Shown here piece by piece: positions 13,578 to 26,814 of a stretch of DNA of 64,000 nucleotides. The notes beneath the pieces were generated by a model. That model did no database searches and was not told the origin of the DNA. It saw only the letters and a list, made by a program, of their open reading frames with translations. A program made the position numbers and the translations under genes. The stretch covers positions 124,001-188,000 of the forward strand of contig JAPDFW010000083.1 in the NCBI GenBank assembly GCA_028826165.1. The letters run 5' to 3'. Numbering within the stretch: position 1 is the first letter of the stretch; every line of letters starts with the position of its first letter. The DNA comes from Anaeramoeba ignava BMAN. Lineage: Eukaryota > Protista > Anaeramoebae.

Positions 13578-16500
13578 TTAATTTAAAAGAGTTCCAACAC
13601 AAATCGCTAATCCTTGTGAATGACTTCTAATACGAACATAACCAGTAATTTTTCCATCAGAATTCTTTTCAAAACTTGCATTTGCCACAACATCTTCTCC
13701 AAAAATAGTCTTTGCATATAAATTTTTAGAAACAAAACCAGTTTCTTTATAATCAGTTATAAGCTCATCTACAATTTTCATATTTGTTTTCTAAAAAGAA
13801 AAATAAAAAGAAAAAGAAAAAGAATTTTTTTGAATGAAATTCAAATAAAAAATTAAATTTCAAGTTTCTACAAACTTTGGTAATAAAATCTAAATATTCT
13901 TCTAAATCTGTAATTGAAGTTGAAATCAAAATTTTGTTTTCCCATTGAAATTCAACCCACATTTTTCTAAAATTAAATAAGGAAACTGATGTTGGAATTA
14001 AATAATCTAATCCACTTATTTTGATTTCGTTTAAAACGATGCAATTTTTTTCTGCTGAATAAGTCCCACTGATATCATAAGATATTGTTCCAGCAATACC
14101 TCTATTTTCTGTTGATGAAACTTTAGCCATTACTGTGATATGAGTTGATGATAATGGACCTAATGTAAACGACTATTTTTTAATTTAATTTAATTTAATT
14201 TAATTTAATTTAATTTGATTTAATTTTAATTTGATTTAATTTAATTTAATTCGATTTAATTTAATTTAATTTAATTTAATTTAATTTTGATTTAATTTGA
14301 ATTTAATTTTAATTTAATTTAATTTGATTTAATTTAGTTTAATTTAATTTAATTTAATTTAATTTAATTTAATTTAATTTTGTTTAATTTGATTTAATTT
14401 AATTTTAATTTAATTTAATTTAATTTTGGTTTAATTTAATTTAATTTAAATTTAATTTAATTTTGATTTAATTTAATTTAATTTAATTTAATTTAATTTG
14501 AATTTAATTTTGATTTAATTTAATTTAATTTTGATTTAATTTAATTTAAATTTAATTTGATTTGATTTAATTTAATTTACTTGCTGCTTATCAATAAGTT
14601 CTAATCCTCCTAATCCATATAATTCTAATGTCATATTTTGAAAAGTACTTTCAGTTAAATTTTTAATGTAAAAATCTAATATTAAAAAATCAAAATAAAA
14701 ATCAATCCTTTTTTTTTTTAAAGAAAAAGAAAATATTAAATTTAAATACCAATCATAAGATCATATAAATTAATATTCAAAATAGCTTCAACAAAAATTG
14801 GATCAGAAAAACCAGTTAAAGGGAAAACCTTATTAAACTTCCCTTCTTTAAGCAATACATCAGAAATATCACTTCCTTCTGGTTTTTCATCATTTTGGAA
14901 ATCAAGAACGGATTTCAAACTTTGGTCTTGATTTTCAAAATGTAATTTTTCACTGATTCTGTTTTTTTGGAATATATTAAAAACAATTAGATCATCGGGT
15001 TGCGATTCAATATTGAACTTCTCGCTCATTGCGTCATTAAGATGATCACCATCACCTTCTTGTTGAGCTTTGATCATCTTTGATAGTGAATTTCGACAAT
15101 CTTCCAGCAAAATTTTTGTGATTTCATTTTTTGGATCGCCGAGAATTTTTATATTAAGAAATATTTTTTGTTCCGAATCAGGATCAATTTGATGCTTAAC
15201 AAGATTGGATTTCCCGATTTTGAGCAAAAAAACAAGCAAAAGCATTGAATCAACAACAAAGTCTTTTGTGGTTTTATTTGACTCTCCTTGTATTTTGATT
15301 AATTTAAGCGTCATTTTAGTAATTGATGATGAAATTGTTGATAAAAGATATGAATTTCCTTCCATGATAAAGTTGGTTATTTTATTTGTATTGGAAACGG
15401 TTGAGATTGTCGAGTTGATTGAAATGGCAGTTTTTTTGGGAGATGAAACACCCACTGTTCCATATGTCCCGTCTTTGCGGATCTGTGTATTTGAAGACGT
15501 TGTTTTGGTCATAATTGCTTTTTTTTCTTGCGATGTTTGTTTTGTTTGACGTCGATTTTTTGACGTTTTATTTGACTGCTTTTTTTCTTTTTTAACTTCA
15601 AGATTTTCGACATTTTCGTTTTTTTGAGAACTTTTTTCTTTTTTCTTTTTTTTGCTTTCTTCTTTGGATTTTTGCTCCTCGACTTTTTGATCCAAAATTG
15701 CCTTCAAATCATTAATAGGATTTTTAATAATCTCAAAAGCTTGGCGAATCAGTTGAGAATTTTCACAATATTCACCAAAAATCCAGAGAATTGTTCTCAA
15801 AGCAAAAGATGATCCAACGGAAGAAGCAACGGCGAACAAGCGCTGCAAAATCTGTTCGCGGATATCTTTTCGAGTTTCCATGATGTCTCGGATTAAAATG
15901 CTTGATTCGTCTTCTTGATCCTGAGAAGAGTCTTTGGGTGTTCTCAAGATCAAATCGATTAAAATATCCAAAATTTTATCAGAAACTTGGGGGAATTTTA
16001 GCACAAATTTATGGGTCAATCCTACTAACAACCGCAAGTAGTTTGTTGTTTCTGTTTTTTCATGCTCGATTTCTCCAGTTTTTCCTATTTCTTTTTTAAG
16101 TAATAAAATCACTCCTTCGATATTTTTTGTATCAACAAGATCTTCAGCAAGAAAAATAATTTCCGATTTGATTTCAAAAGAAGATGATGATAAAACAGAG
16201 AGAATATCAAGTAAAAAATCCGAGACGATATGTGAATAATTGATTCTGAGCTTATTCAAGTGAGAAAGAACTATGATCCTAATATTATTGTCTTTTTCTT
16301 CAGCCAAAATTTTGCATAATGCTTGTGTTGCTGCTCGAATTGCCACTTGTGAATTGGATAGTAAAATCAATGATTTAGAAGCTTCAAATTTGACTGAGTT
16401 GGATTTGCTTTCGAGTAAGCTTAGAATGCTTTTTAAAAATTTTGTTCGTGCTTTTGGATTGTTTTCACAGATTTTTATCATTAATTCAAGTGATACTAAT

Positions 16501-17846
16501 TGCATGCTTTCATCAAAATTTATTAGGTTTTTTGCCATTGTTAGTAAATAGTTCATTGCTCTATTTTGTTCAATTTCATAAAGCATAATGAATGCATTTT
16601 TTTGGCAAGATGGGTCACTTTCCTAAAAAAATTATTTAAAATTCATTTATAAAATTATTTAAAATTATTAAAAAATTATTTAAAATTATTAAAAAATTAT
16701 TTAAAATTATTAAAAAATTATTTAAAATTATTAAAAAATTATTTAAAATTAAAATTAAAATTATTTAAAATTATTAAAAAATTATTTAAAATTATTAAAA
16801 AATTATTTAAAATTAAAATTAATATTAAAATTATTATTAAAATTATTAAAATTAAAATTAAAATTAAAATTAAAATTAAAATTAAAATTAAAATTAAAAT
16901 TAAAATTAAAATTAAAATTAAAATTAAAATTAAAATTAAAATTATATTCAAAATTTACATTTTTAAGGAAATTTTCAATAACTTCAGGAGCATCAGGAAT
17001 CAATTGTGGATGATTTTTATATATAAATGCTACTAAAAGAACTGCATTCTTTCTTACATAAGGTACAGAATATGTTAAATCATCTCTTATTGATGATATT
17101 AATGGTTCTACAATTTCTGGTTCATGAATTTTACAAAGAAATCTTAATGTTGATCCTCGAATAAATTCATTTGGATGGTTAATATCATTTCGAAGATAAT
17201 TGCTTTTGAATTTTTATAATAAATTCAATAAATTAAATTCAATATTAAATTCAAAATTAAATTCAAAATTAAATTCAAATTACCAAATCAAATACATTTC
17301 ACTTCTTAATTTATTATCTGGTCCTTTTTTTTCTATTAATTCTAAATAAAGTAAAAATAGTTTTTTCAACTCATGATTTTTAGAAGGAGAAACATATTGA
17401 AAAATCATCATTAACATATTTTTTGGCATAACTTCTCCATTTAACATTAGCATTAATATTTGCTAAAATTATCGAAAAAATATTTAATATTTAATATTAA
17501 TATTTATATTTATATTTATATTTAATATTTATTATATTTATATTTATATTTATATTTATATTTATATTTATATTTATATTTATATTTATATTTTATATTT
17601 TATATTTTATATTTTATATTTATAATTATATTTATATTTATATTTATATTTTATATTTATATTTATATTTTATATTTATATTTTATATTTATATTTTATA
17701 TTTTATATTTTAATTTCAATTCCAACCTTCATTGCTTTAATTTTTGGTTTATCATCTTTTTCTTGTAATTTTGTTTGAAGTAATTGAATTTGTGGACTTG
17801 ATTTTATTTCAGAATAAAAAACAAGAGGACAAATTGATTTATTCAT
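13578..17846 (-). CDS. COPB1: Coatomer subunit beta (beta-COP), multi-exon
   Basis: ATG at 17846. Exons include [37 protein letters not shown], the large 16622-14749 exon with [26 protein letters not shown], and terminal [15 protein letters not shown]...[17 protein letters not shown]. All are beta-COP hallmarks. Confidence 0.96.
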
Positions 17847-18025
17847 AATTAAAAATTAAAAGAATTGAAAATGAAAAAAAAAATGAAAATGAAAATGAAA
17901 AAAAGTTTTTTTAATTTAATTTTAGTTTTTGTTTTTTTAATTCGTAAAAATTAGAAAAATTTATTAATTTTTTTTTTTCATTTTTTTTTATTTTTTTTAT
18001 TTTCTTTTTTTTTTAATTGCTTTAA

Positions 18026-21000
18026 ATGCAAACTATTTTGCAATCTAATTTGCAATCTAAAGCATGGCAACCAAATCCAGGAAAGGTTTGTATTAATAGT
18101 TATTTACAAAAAAAAAAACCAATCAAAAAAAATACATTTCAAAATGATGTTGAAAAATTTCATTTCAAATTTTCATTTACAATTTTAAATACAATTACAA
18201 TTTTAATTATAATTACAATTACAATTACAATTACAATTACAATTACAATTACAATTACAATTACAATTACAATTTTAATTACAATTACAATTTTAAATTA
18301 CAATTACAATTACAATTACAATTACAATTACAATTACAATTACAATTTTAATTACAATTACAATTACAATTACAATTACAATTACAATTACAATTACAAT
18401 TACAATTTTAAATACAATTACAATTACAATTACAATTACAATTACAATTACAATTACAATTACAATTACAATTACAATTACAATTACAATTACAATTACA
18501 ATTTTATTTACAATTTTAAATACAATTACAATTACAATTTTAAATACAATTTTAAATTCAATTTTAAATTACAATTACAATAATTGCAATTACAATTACA
18601 ATTACAATTACAATTTTTTACAATTACAATACAATTTTAAATTTCACAATTACAATTACAATTTTTAAATTACAATTTTACAAAATTTTAAATTTAAATT
18701 CAATTTTAAATACAATTTTTAAATTCAATTTTAAATTACAATTTTAAATTCAATTTTTAAATACAATTTTAAATTACAATTTTTTAAATTACAATTTATA
18801 GTTGTTAATTTTAAATTCAATTTTAAATACAATTTTAAATACAATTTTAAATACAATTTTAAATTCAATTTTAAATACAATTTTAAATTCAATTTTAAAT
18901 TCAAATTCAAATTCAAATTATTTTTAAAAAATAATCAATTTAGGGAGAAACAACATTTAATGGAGTGTTACTTCTTGTTGTTTGGTGTATTTTTACACCT
19001 TATTTTATATTCACTTTTATACTTTTTATTCGTAGATGGGATAAGCAACCAATTAAAGCAAGATCACCTCTTCTTTTATCTATTTCTTCAGTTGCAGGTT
19101 ATATTATGATAACTCATTATTGTTGGATGACTTGGTATTCTGAAGGTATCTATTTATTATTTTAATTCCCAAATCAAAAATTAAAATTAAAATTAAAATT
19201 AAAATTAAAATTTAAAATTAAAATTAAAATCAAAATCAAAATATAAAATCAAAATTAAAATCAAAATCAAAATCAAAATTAAAATCAAAAATCAAAATTA
19301 AAATCAAAAATCAAAATTAAAATCAAAATCAAAATCAAAATCAAAATTAAAATCAAAAATCAAAATCAAAAATCAAAATCAAAATTAAATTTAAAATCTA
19401 AAATTAAAATTAAAATCAAAATCAAAATCAAAATCAAAATCAAAATTAAAATCAAAATCAAAATCAAAATTAAAATTAAAATCAAAATCAAAATCAAAAT
19501 CAAAATTAAAATTAAAATCAAAATCAAAATTAAAATTAAAATCAAAAAAAAATAAAAATCAAAATTAAATTCAAATAAAAATCAAAATCAAAATTAAAAA
19601 TCAAAATCAAAATCAAAAAAATTAAAATTAAATTTAAAAAAAATCAAAATCAAAATCTAAAATCAAAATCAAAATCAAAATCAAAATTAAAATTAAAATC
19701 AAAATTAAAATCAAAATATCAAAATCAAAATCAAAATCAAAATCAAAATCAAAATCAAAATCAAAATTAAAATCAAAATCAAAATCAAAATCAAAATTAA
19801 AATATAAAATCAAAATCAAAATCAAAATCAAAATTAATATTAAAATTCAAAATTAAAAGAAAATTGGCCTTGTATTGTTTCTCATTGGTTAATTTGGGCT
19901 GTAATGAGTTGGTATTATGTTCCATATATTTTAAGATGTTTAAGATTATTTTTTATATTCAAGATTAATTTTGAAAAAACGGAAATGCATAAAGGCAAAG
20001 ATGGAGAAAGTAATTGATTTAAAATTAAAATTAAAATTAAAATTAAAATTAAAATTAAAATTAAAATTAAAATTAAAATTAAAATTAAAATTAAAATTAA
20101 AATTAAAATTAAAATTAAAATTAAAATTAAAATTAAAATTAAAATTAAAATTCTTTTTGAAATTAAAATTTAAAATTAAAATTCTTTTTGAAATTAAAAT
20201 TTAAAATTAAAATTCTTTTTGAATTTAAAATTCTTTTTGAAATTAAAATTCTTTTTGAATTTAAAATTCTTTTTGAAATTAAAATTAAAATTAAAATTAA
20301 AATTTGAAATTAAAATCAAATTTGAAATTAAAATTCTTTTTGAAATTAAAATTCTTTAGAAAAAAAACAAGGATTCTTTGTGAGAAAACGTCATTGGTTC
20401 ACAGACAGAAGACTATTAATCTGGCTTATAATTTTCAACACTTTAGTATTTTTATTTGGATTATTTCGACAATTCTATTATTCAGACAATTATCCTGGAA
20501 GATACGGATGTACAGTAACAACACTATATTTAACAGGAATGACTGTTATATTTGTATTTTTCTTGACATTTTTCTTGATCTCAATCTGGTTCCTTCGGAA
20601 AGTACGGGATGAGTTCAACATCAAACAACGAATTGAAAGCAGTATCATTAACATGGACATTGCTAATCATCCCGTATATTATTATTCAATGGGTTGGCTA
20701 CAACGAAGACATATTTACAACCACTTATTTCCAAGTTTTATGGCCTTTAGTTTCTTATATTATTAGTGATGTTTACCCTCTTCATTTATCATACATCTCT
20801 TCACAAATCATCACTTTCTCAACAAGCAACGTCCTCTCCAGTTTGAAGACAATCATTGGCAACGAGCGAGCTTGTAAACATTTCGAAGAGTTTCTTGTAG
20901 GTGAATTCAGTGTTGAAAATCTTCTTTTCTATCAAGATGTCGCCCGTTTTAAACTTTTAACTGATTCTGACGAAATTAATTCTCAAGGCAAAGTTATTTT

Positions 21001-21251
21001 CGATAAATATATTGACCCAAGTTCCGTTCTTGAAGTCAATATTGATAGTAATGAAAAGCAACAGATCACTAAAGGAAATTGTTAATCCTTACACTGGTAT
21101 CTTCGATAAATCTCAGGAAAGTATTTTCATGTTGATGGAGAGAGATTCTTATCCGAGATTCCTTAAGAGTGCTATATGCACAAAGTTTAAGAAAGAACTC
21201 CAAAATGAAGAAAATGTTTTGCAGATTTTGAAAAAACAGAAAATGGTTTAA
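18026..21251 (+). CDS. 7TM-RGS protein (seven-transmembrane domain fused to a regulator of G-protein signalling domain)
   Basis: Exons 18026-18085, 18944-19145, 19860-20009 and 20360-21251. Seven hydrophobic segments (QPIKARSP, WPC, RKVRDEFNI..ELK motifs) precede the RGS box FEEFLVGEFSVENLLFY...KYI...LEVNID...LMERDSYPRFLKS. Two 1-nt frameshifts at ~20624 and ~21072. Confidence 0.85.
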
Positions 21252-21605
21252 TTTTTTAAAAAGGAAAAATTTTTTTTTTTTGGAATTTTTTTTTTTGCTT
21301 TTTTTTTTAAAATCTTTTTTTAATTCTTTTTTTTTAATTTTTGTTTAATAAAATTTTAAATCTTTTTATTTTTTTCTTTATTTAAAAAATTTATCCCTTA
21401 ATTGATTAATTAAAAAATTAATTAAAAAATAATAAATTTTTTTTTTTTTACTTTTTAATGACTCATTTTTCCACCTGTTTTCTTTTTATCTAATTTCAAA
21501 AAATTTACATTTTTCATTTTCATATTTTTCTTCTCCTTTCTTTCTATTTGATTTCTTTTCTAAAAACTATTATTGATTTTTTTTTACTTTTTTTAAAATT
21601 TTTTC

Positions 21606-24411
21606 ATGGATCCAATTCTTTTTAAATCAAAAAAAAATATTAAAAACACACTTTTAACTTCAAATTTCATTAGAAAACTAAGTTCTTCATTTCATTATAA
21701 TGGTAAAAAAAAAAATATTAAATTAAAAATATTGAACAAACAAAACAAAACAAAAAAAAATTTTTTCCCACTTTTTGGATTTTTTAAATATTAAAAAAAA
21801 TTTTTCCATTTGATTAAATTTATTGAAAAATAATTTCGAATTAAGGAACTTCATGGTCACCTGAAACTGAAACAAATTACAAACTTCCCGAAGTTCGAGA
21901 TATAATTGAAGAAGACAAAATATTTGAAGCATTGAAAAAAACTGAACACAAAGCGAAAGATAAATATACGATTCGGCAAATACTAGAAAAAGCAAAAGAT
22001 CATGCACTTTTAAAGAATGTTAAAGAAGATTTGAAAGATGAATTTGTGCAAGGATTAACATTAGAAGAAACAGCAACACTTTTAAATATGGACACAAACG
22101 ATCGAAATTTGCTAGATGAACTTTTTAATACAGCGTTATTCATCAAACAGAGAATTTACGGAAATCGGATTGTTTTGTTTGCACCTTTATATGTGTCTAA
22201 TTATTGCACTGGCGGTTGTCTTTATTGCGGTTATCGACATGACAACGTTGATATTCCTCGATCCAAATTAACAAAAAGTCAGCTTATTAATGAAGTCAAA
22301 GCTTTGGAAAATCAAGGCCATAAAAGAATACTTATGTTAACTGGTGAACATCCTATTTATACTTTTGATGATTTTCTTGATGCTCTCAAAACCGCTGCTT
22401 CTGTTAAAAACCCTCCTCATGGTGAAATAAGAAGAATTAATGTTGAAATTCCTGCTTTGAGTGTTTCCGATTTTAGGAGATTAAAAGCTACTAATTGTGT
22501 TGGTACTTATACTCTTTTTCAAGAAACTTATCATAGAGAGAGTTATCGTAAAATACATCCATATGGAGCAAAAGCAGATTATGAATATCGTTTATTTGCA
22601 ATGGATAGGGCTCAAATTGGTGGGATTGATGATATTGGTAAATTCCCTTATATTAATTTGAAAATCCAAAAATGAAATCAAAATCAATTTAAATCAAATC
22701 CAAATCCAAATCAAAATTAAATCAAAATCAAAATCAAAATCAAATCAAAATCAAAATCAAAATCAAAATCAAAATCAAAATCAAAATCAAAATCAAAATC
22801 TAAATCAAAATTAAATTAAATCAAATTCAAAATATAAATCAAAATTAAAATTAAAATCAAAATTAAAATCAAAATTAAATCAAAATCTAAATCAAAATCA
22901 AAATCAAAATCAAAATTAAATTAAAATTAAAATTAAAATCAAAATCAAAATCTAAATCAAAATCTAAATCAAATCAAAATCAAATCAAAATCAAATTAAA
23001 TCAAATCAAAATCAAATTAAAATGAAAATCAAAATCAAAATTAAAATCAAAATCAAAATCAAAATCAAAATCAAAATTAAAATCAAAATCAAAATCTAAA
23101 TCAAAATCAAAATTAAAATTAAAATTAAATCAAAATCAAATTAAAATCAAATCAAATCAAAATTAAAATCAAAATTAAATTCAAAATAAAAATTAAAATC
23201 AAAATCAAAATCAAAACCAAAATCAAAATCAAAATCAAAATAAAAATCAAAATCAAAATCAAAATCAAAATCAAAATCAAAATCAAAATCAAAATAAAAA
23301 TTAAAATCAAAATCAAAATCAAAATCAAAATTAAAATCAAAATCAAAATCTAAATCAAAATCAAAATTAAAATCAAAATCAAAATCAAAATCAAATTTAA
23401 AATTAAAATTAAATCAAATCAAATCAAAATCAAAATCAAAATCAAAATCAAAATGAAAATCAAAATCAAATCTAAATCAAAATCAAATTAAATCAAATTA
23501 AATCAAATTAAATCAAAATTAAAATTAAATTAAATAAAATCAAAATTAAATAAAATCAAAATTAAAATCAAAATTAAAATCAAAATCTAAATCAAAATCA
23601 AATCTAAATCAAAATAAAAATTAAATTTAAAAGGTGTTGGAGCTCTTTATGGGATTTATGATTATAGATTTGAAGTTCTTGGTTTATTACAACATGCACA
23701 ACATTTAGATCGAACATATCATGCAGGCCCACATACAATTAGTAAATATTAATTATTAAATATTAAATATTGAATATAAATAGTAAATTGTATTAAATTA
23801 AATTTAAAAAAGGTGTTCCAAGAATTAAACCTGCAAAAAACACACCACTATCAGATAATCCACCTTATGCAGTAGATGATATAACCTTTAAAAAGATTGT
23901 AGCAATACTTCGATGTTCAGTTCCATACACAGGGATGATACTCTCAACAAGAGAAACAACAGAGATGAGAAAAGAAGTGATGAAACTAGGAGTGAGTCAA
24001 ATATCAGCAGGAAGTATAACAAGTGTTGGTTCTTATTCAAAGAGTAACCAAAACAGTGAGAGCAAAGGACAATTTTCAATTTCAGATCAAAGAAACACAG
24101 ATCAAGTGATTCAAGATCTTCTCAAAGATGGATTTGTTCCTTCTTTTTGTACTGGATGTTATAGATTGGGAAGAACTGGTGAAGCTTTTATGAAAATTGC
24201 TAAAAAAGGAAATATAGTCAATATGTGCCTCCCAAATGCATTAACTACTCTTACAGAATATTTAATTGATTATTCTTCAAAGGAAACTGCTCAAATTGGT
24301 TGGAATGTAATTAATAAAGAAATTTTCAATATTCCAAATCTAAAAACAAGAGAAATTACAAAAAGGAATATTGAGAAGATTAAAAAAGGTGAACGTGATT
24401 TATATCTTTAA
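21606..24411 (+). CDS. hydG: [FeFe]-hydrogenase H-cluster maturase HydG (radical SAM)
   Basis: Exons 21606-21702, 21846-22637, 23634-23741 and 23813-24411. YGNRIVLFAPLYVSNYCTGGCLYCGY (CxxxCxxC), EIRRINV, GTYTLFQETYH, GPHTISVPRI, VPYTGMILSTRE, second cluster motif PSFCTGCYR...MCLPNAL, and C-terminal GERDLYL. Confidence 0.96.
22680..23630. repeat. Intronic (AAAATC)n microsatellite in hydG intron 2
   Basis: Direct inspection. Confidence 0.9.
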
Positions 24412-24528
24412 CTAACTGAAAGGAAATTTTTTTTTGTTCCACTTTTTTTTTTTTTGAAAACAAAAACAAAAAACAAAAAACAAAAAAAATTTTTGAAAAA
24501 TTTTCATTTTCATTTTTTTTCTTTTTCA

Positions 24529-25374
24529 ATGGATTTTTTAAAACAAATTTCATCAGATTCAGATTCAAATTCAGATTCAAATTCAGAAAAAGAAATAGAA
24601 ATAAATCAAAAGAAAAAAGAAAGAAAAAAAAGAAAAAAAAACTTAACTAATAATGATGATAATCCAAAAAAACCAAATTTAAAACTTCCTCAAGAATTTT
24701 TAGAATTTCTTCCTGAAAATCAAAAACAAAAACAAAAACAAAATGAAAAAATGATTGATTCATTTGGAAAAGTTAGAAAAGTTCCACATATTGAAGGGAA
24801 TTTTGCATTTCATATCAAAATCACAATTCAAGATAAAAATAATCAATTTTCAAAATTAATACAAACAAAAACAAAAGAGATTGAAGAAAAAACAAAGAGA
24901 AAAGTGTTTCTAATAAAAGATCCACATATAAGTCTTTCCGAGACAATTTATATAAGATATCACTTTATAAAACCGTTAATTAAAAAAATTCAAGATTCAA
25001 TAATTCAATCAAAGGTTCCTATTTTTCATTTTTCATTTGATTCAATAGAATGGTTTGAAAATGAAGAAAAAACAAGAGGTTTTATTGCTTTTTTAATCAA
25101 AGAAGGAAATCAAAACATAATTCATCTTGTTAATTTAATAAATGATTGCTTTCTTTCTTTTGGATTTCCTATTTATCTCGCAAAAAATAAGAAAGAAATT
25201 CAACCACATATTTCTTTTGCTTGGTTACCTTTAAATTCTGTTTCAAAAAATGATATTGAACAAATTAAAATTGATATTCCAAAAATTCTTATTGAAAATT
25301 TTAGAATAAAAACAAAAAAATTTGAAATAAATTATGCAAAAAAATCCATTTCTATTTATTTAGAAAACAATTAA
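24529..25374 (+). CDS. USB1: U6 snRNA phosphodiesterase Usb1 (2H phosphoesterase)
   Basis: ATG at 24529 (MDFLKQ). GKVRKVPHIEGNFAFHI, two HxS motifs (DPHISLSET and QPHISFAW), and FENEEKTRGF. Confidence 0.88.
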   Translation: MDFLKQISSDSDSNSDSNSEKEIEINQKKKERKKRKKNLTNNDDNPKKPNLKLPQEFLEFLPENQKQKQKQNEKMIDSFGKVRKVPHIEGNFAFHIKITIQDKNNQFSKLIQTKTKEIEEKTKRKVFLIKDPHISLSETIYIRYHFIKPLIKKIQDSIIQSKVPIFHFSFDSIEWFENEEKTRGFIAFLIKEGNQNIIHLVNLINDCFLSFGFPIYLAKNKKEIQPHISFAWLPLNSVSKNDIEQIKIDIPKILIENFRIKTKKFEINYAKKSISIYLENN

Positions 25375-25517
25375 AATTAAATTTTTAAATTTTTGAATTT
25401 TGAATTTTGAATTTATTCGTTTTTTGATCAAAAAAAAAAAAAGGGGGATTTCTTAAAAAAGGAAAAAATTTTTTGATCCAAAAAAAAAAATGAAAAGAAA
25501 AAAAGAAGAAAGGAAAT

Positions 25518-26814
25518 TTAAATGTGCTTTTCAGTTAATTCGCGAAGTTTTCTTTGATCAGCTCCAACTAATTCATCAACTAAAGCACCATTTTTCCAAA
25601 ATTTGAAAGTGGGAACTCCCATAATTTGTTCATCATCTGCAATATCTTTGCATTCATCAATATCAACTTTTAAGAAAATTGCATCTGTTTTTTCTTCACT
25701 AAGTTTTTCATAAGGTTTTGCGATATATTTGCAAGGCTAATTAAAATTAAAATTCATTTTGAAATTAAAATTAATATTAATATTAAAATAAAAATTCATT
25801 TTGAAATTCAATTTGAAATTCATTTTGAAATTAAATTTAAAATTCATTTTGAAATTAAAATTAATATTAATATTAAAATAAAAATTCATTTTGAAATTAA
25901 ATTGAAATTCATTTTGAAATTAAAATTAAAATTAAAATTAAAATTCATTTTGAAATTAATATTGAAATTCATTTTGAAATAAAATTCAAATTGAAATTAA
26001 AATTCATTTTGAAATTAAAATTGAAATTGAAATTAAAATTAAAATTCATATTGAAATTAAAATTAAAATTCATTTTGAAATTAAAATTAATATTAAAATT
26101 AATTTTGAAATTCATTTTGAAATTAAAATTAAAATTCAAATTAAAATAAAAATTGAAATTAAAATTAAAATTCATTTTGAAATTAAAATTAAAATTCATT
26201 TTGAAATTAAAATTAATATTAAAATTCATTTTGAAATTAAAATTGAAATTCATTTTGAAATTAATATTAAAATTAAAATTAAAATTCATTTTGAAATTAA
26301 AATTGAAATTGAAATTAAAATTAAAATTCATATTGAAATTAAAATTAAAATTCATTTTGAAATTAAAATTAATATTAAAATTAAAATTCATTTTGAAATT
26401 AATATTAAAATTCATTTTGAAATTAATATTAAAATTCATTTTAAAATTAAAATTCATTTTGAAATTAAAATTCATTTTGAAATTAAAATTAAAATTCATA
26501 TTGAAATTAATATTAAAATTCATTTTGAAATTAAAATTAAAATTAAAATTAATTTTGAAATTCATTTTGAAATTAATATTCATTTTAAAATTTAAAATCT
26601 TTTAAAAATTTGAATTGAAAATCTTTTAAAAATGAGAAAAATTTAATCTAAAAAGATAACATTTGAAAAATTTTGTTTTTTTTAATTGATTTTTAAAAAA
26701 AACAAAACTTACACCACACCAAACTGCTGAATAATCAACAACAACAAGCTTATCTTTTGTTTCTTTAATATATTTATTATATTCTTCGGTGTCTTTTATA
26801 TGAATAACTGACAT
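25518..26814 (-). CDS. TRX: Thioredoxin
   Basis: Exons 26814-26713 and 25736-25518 give ...LVVVDYSAVWCG|PCKYIAKPY...FLKVDIDE...MGVPTFKFWKNG...VGAD. A ~1 kb repeat-filled intron splits the WCGPC active site. Confidence 0.95.

Noticed and set aside
12006-13586. 526-aa (KLIL)n ORF
   Set aside because: Translation of a stop-free 12-bp tandem repeat; no protein-like complexity.
21606-24411. Bacterial contamination or ThiH/BioB identity for the radical SAM gene
   Set aside because: It has three GT-AG introns and host-like composition, and the C-terminal CxxC-x22-C cluster motif identifies HydG rather than ThiH.
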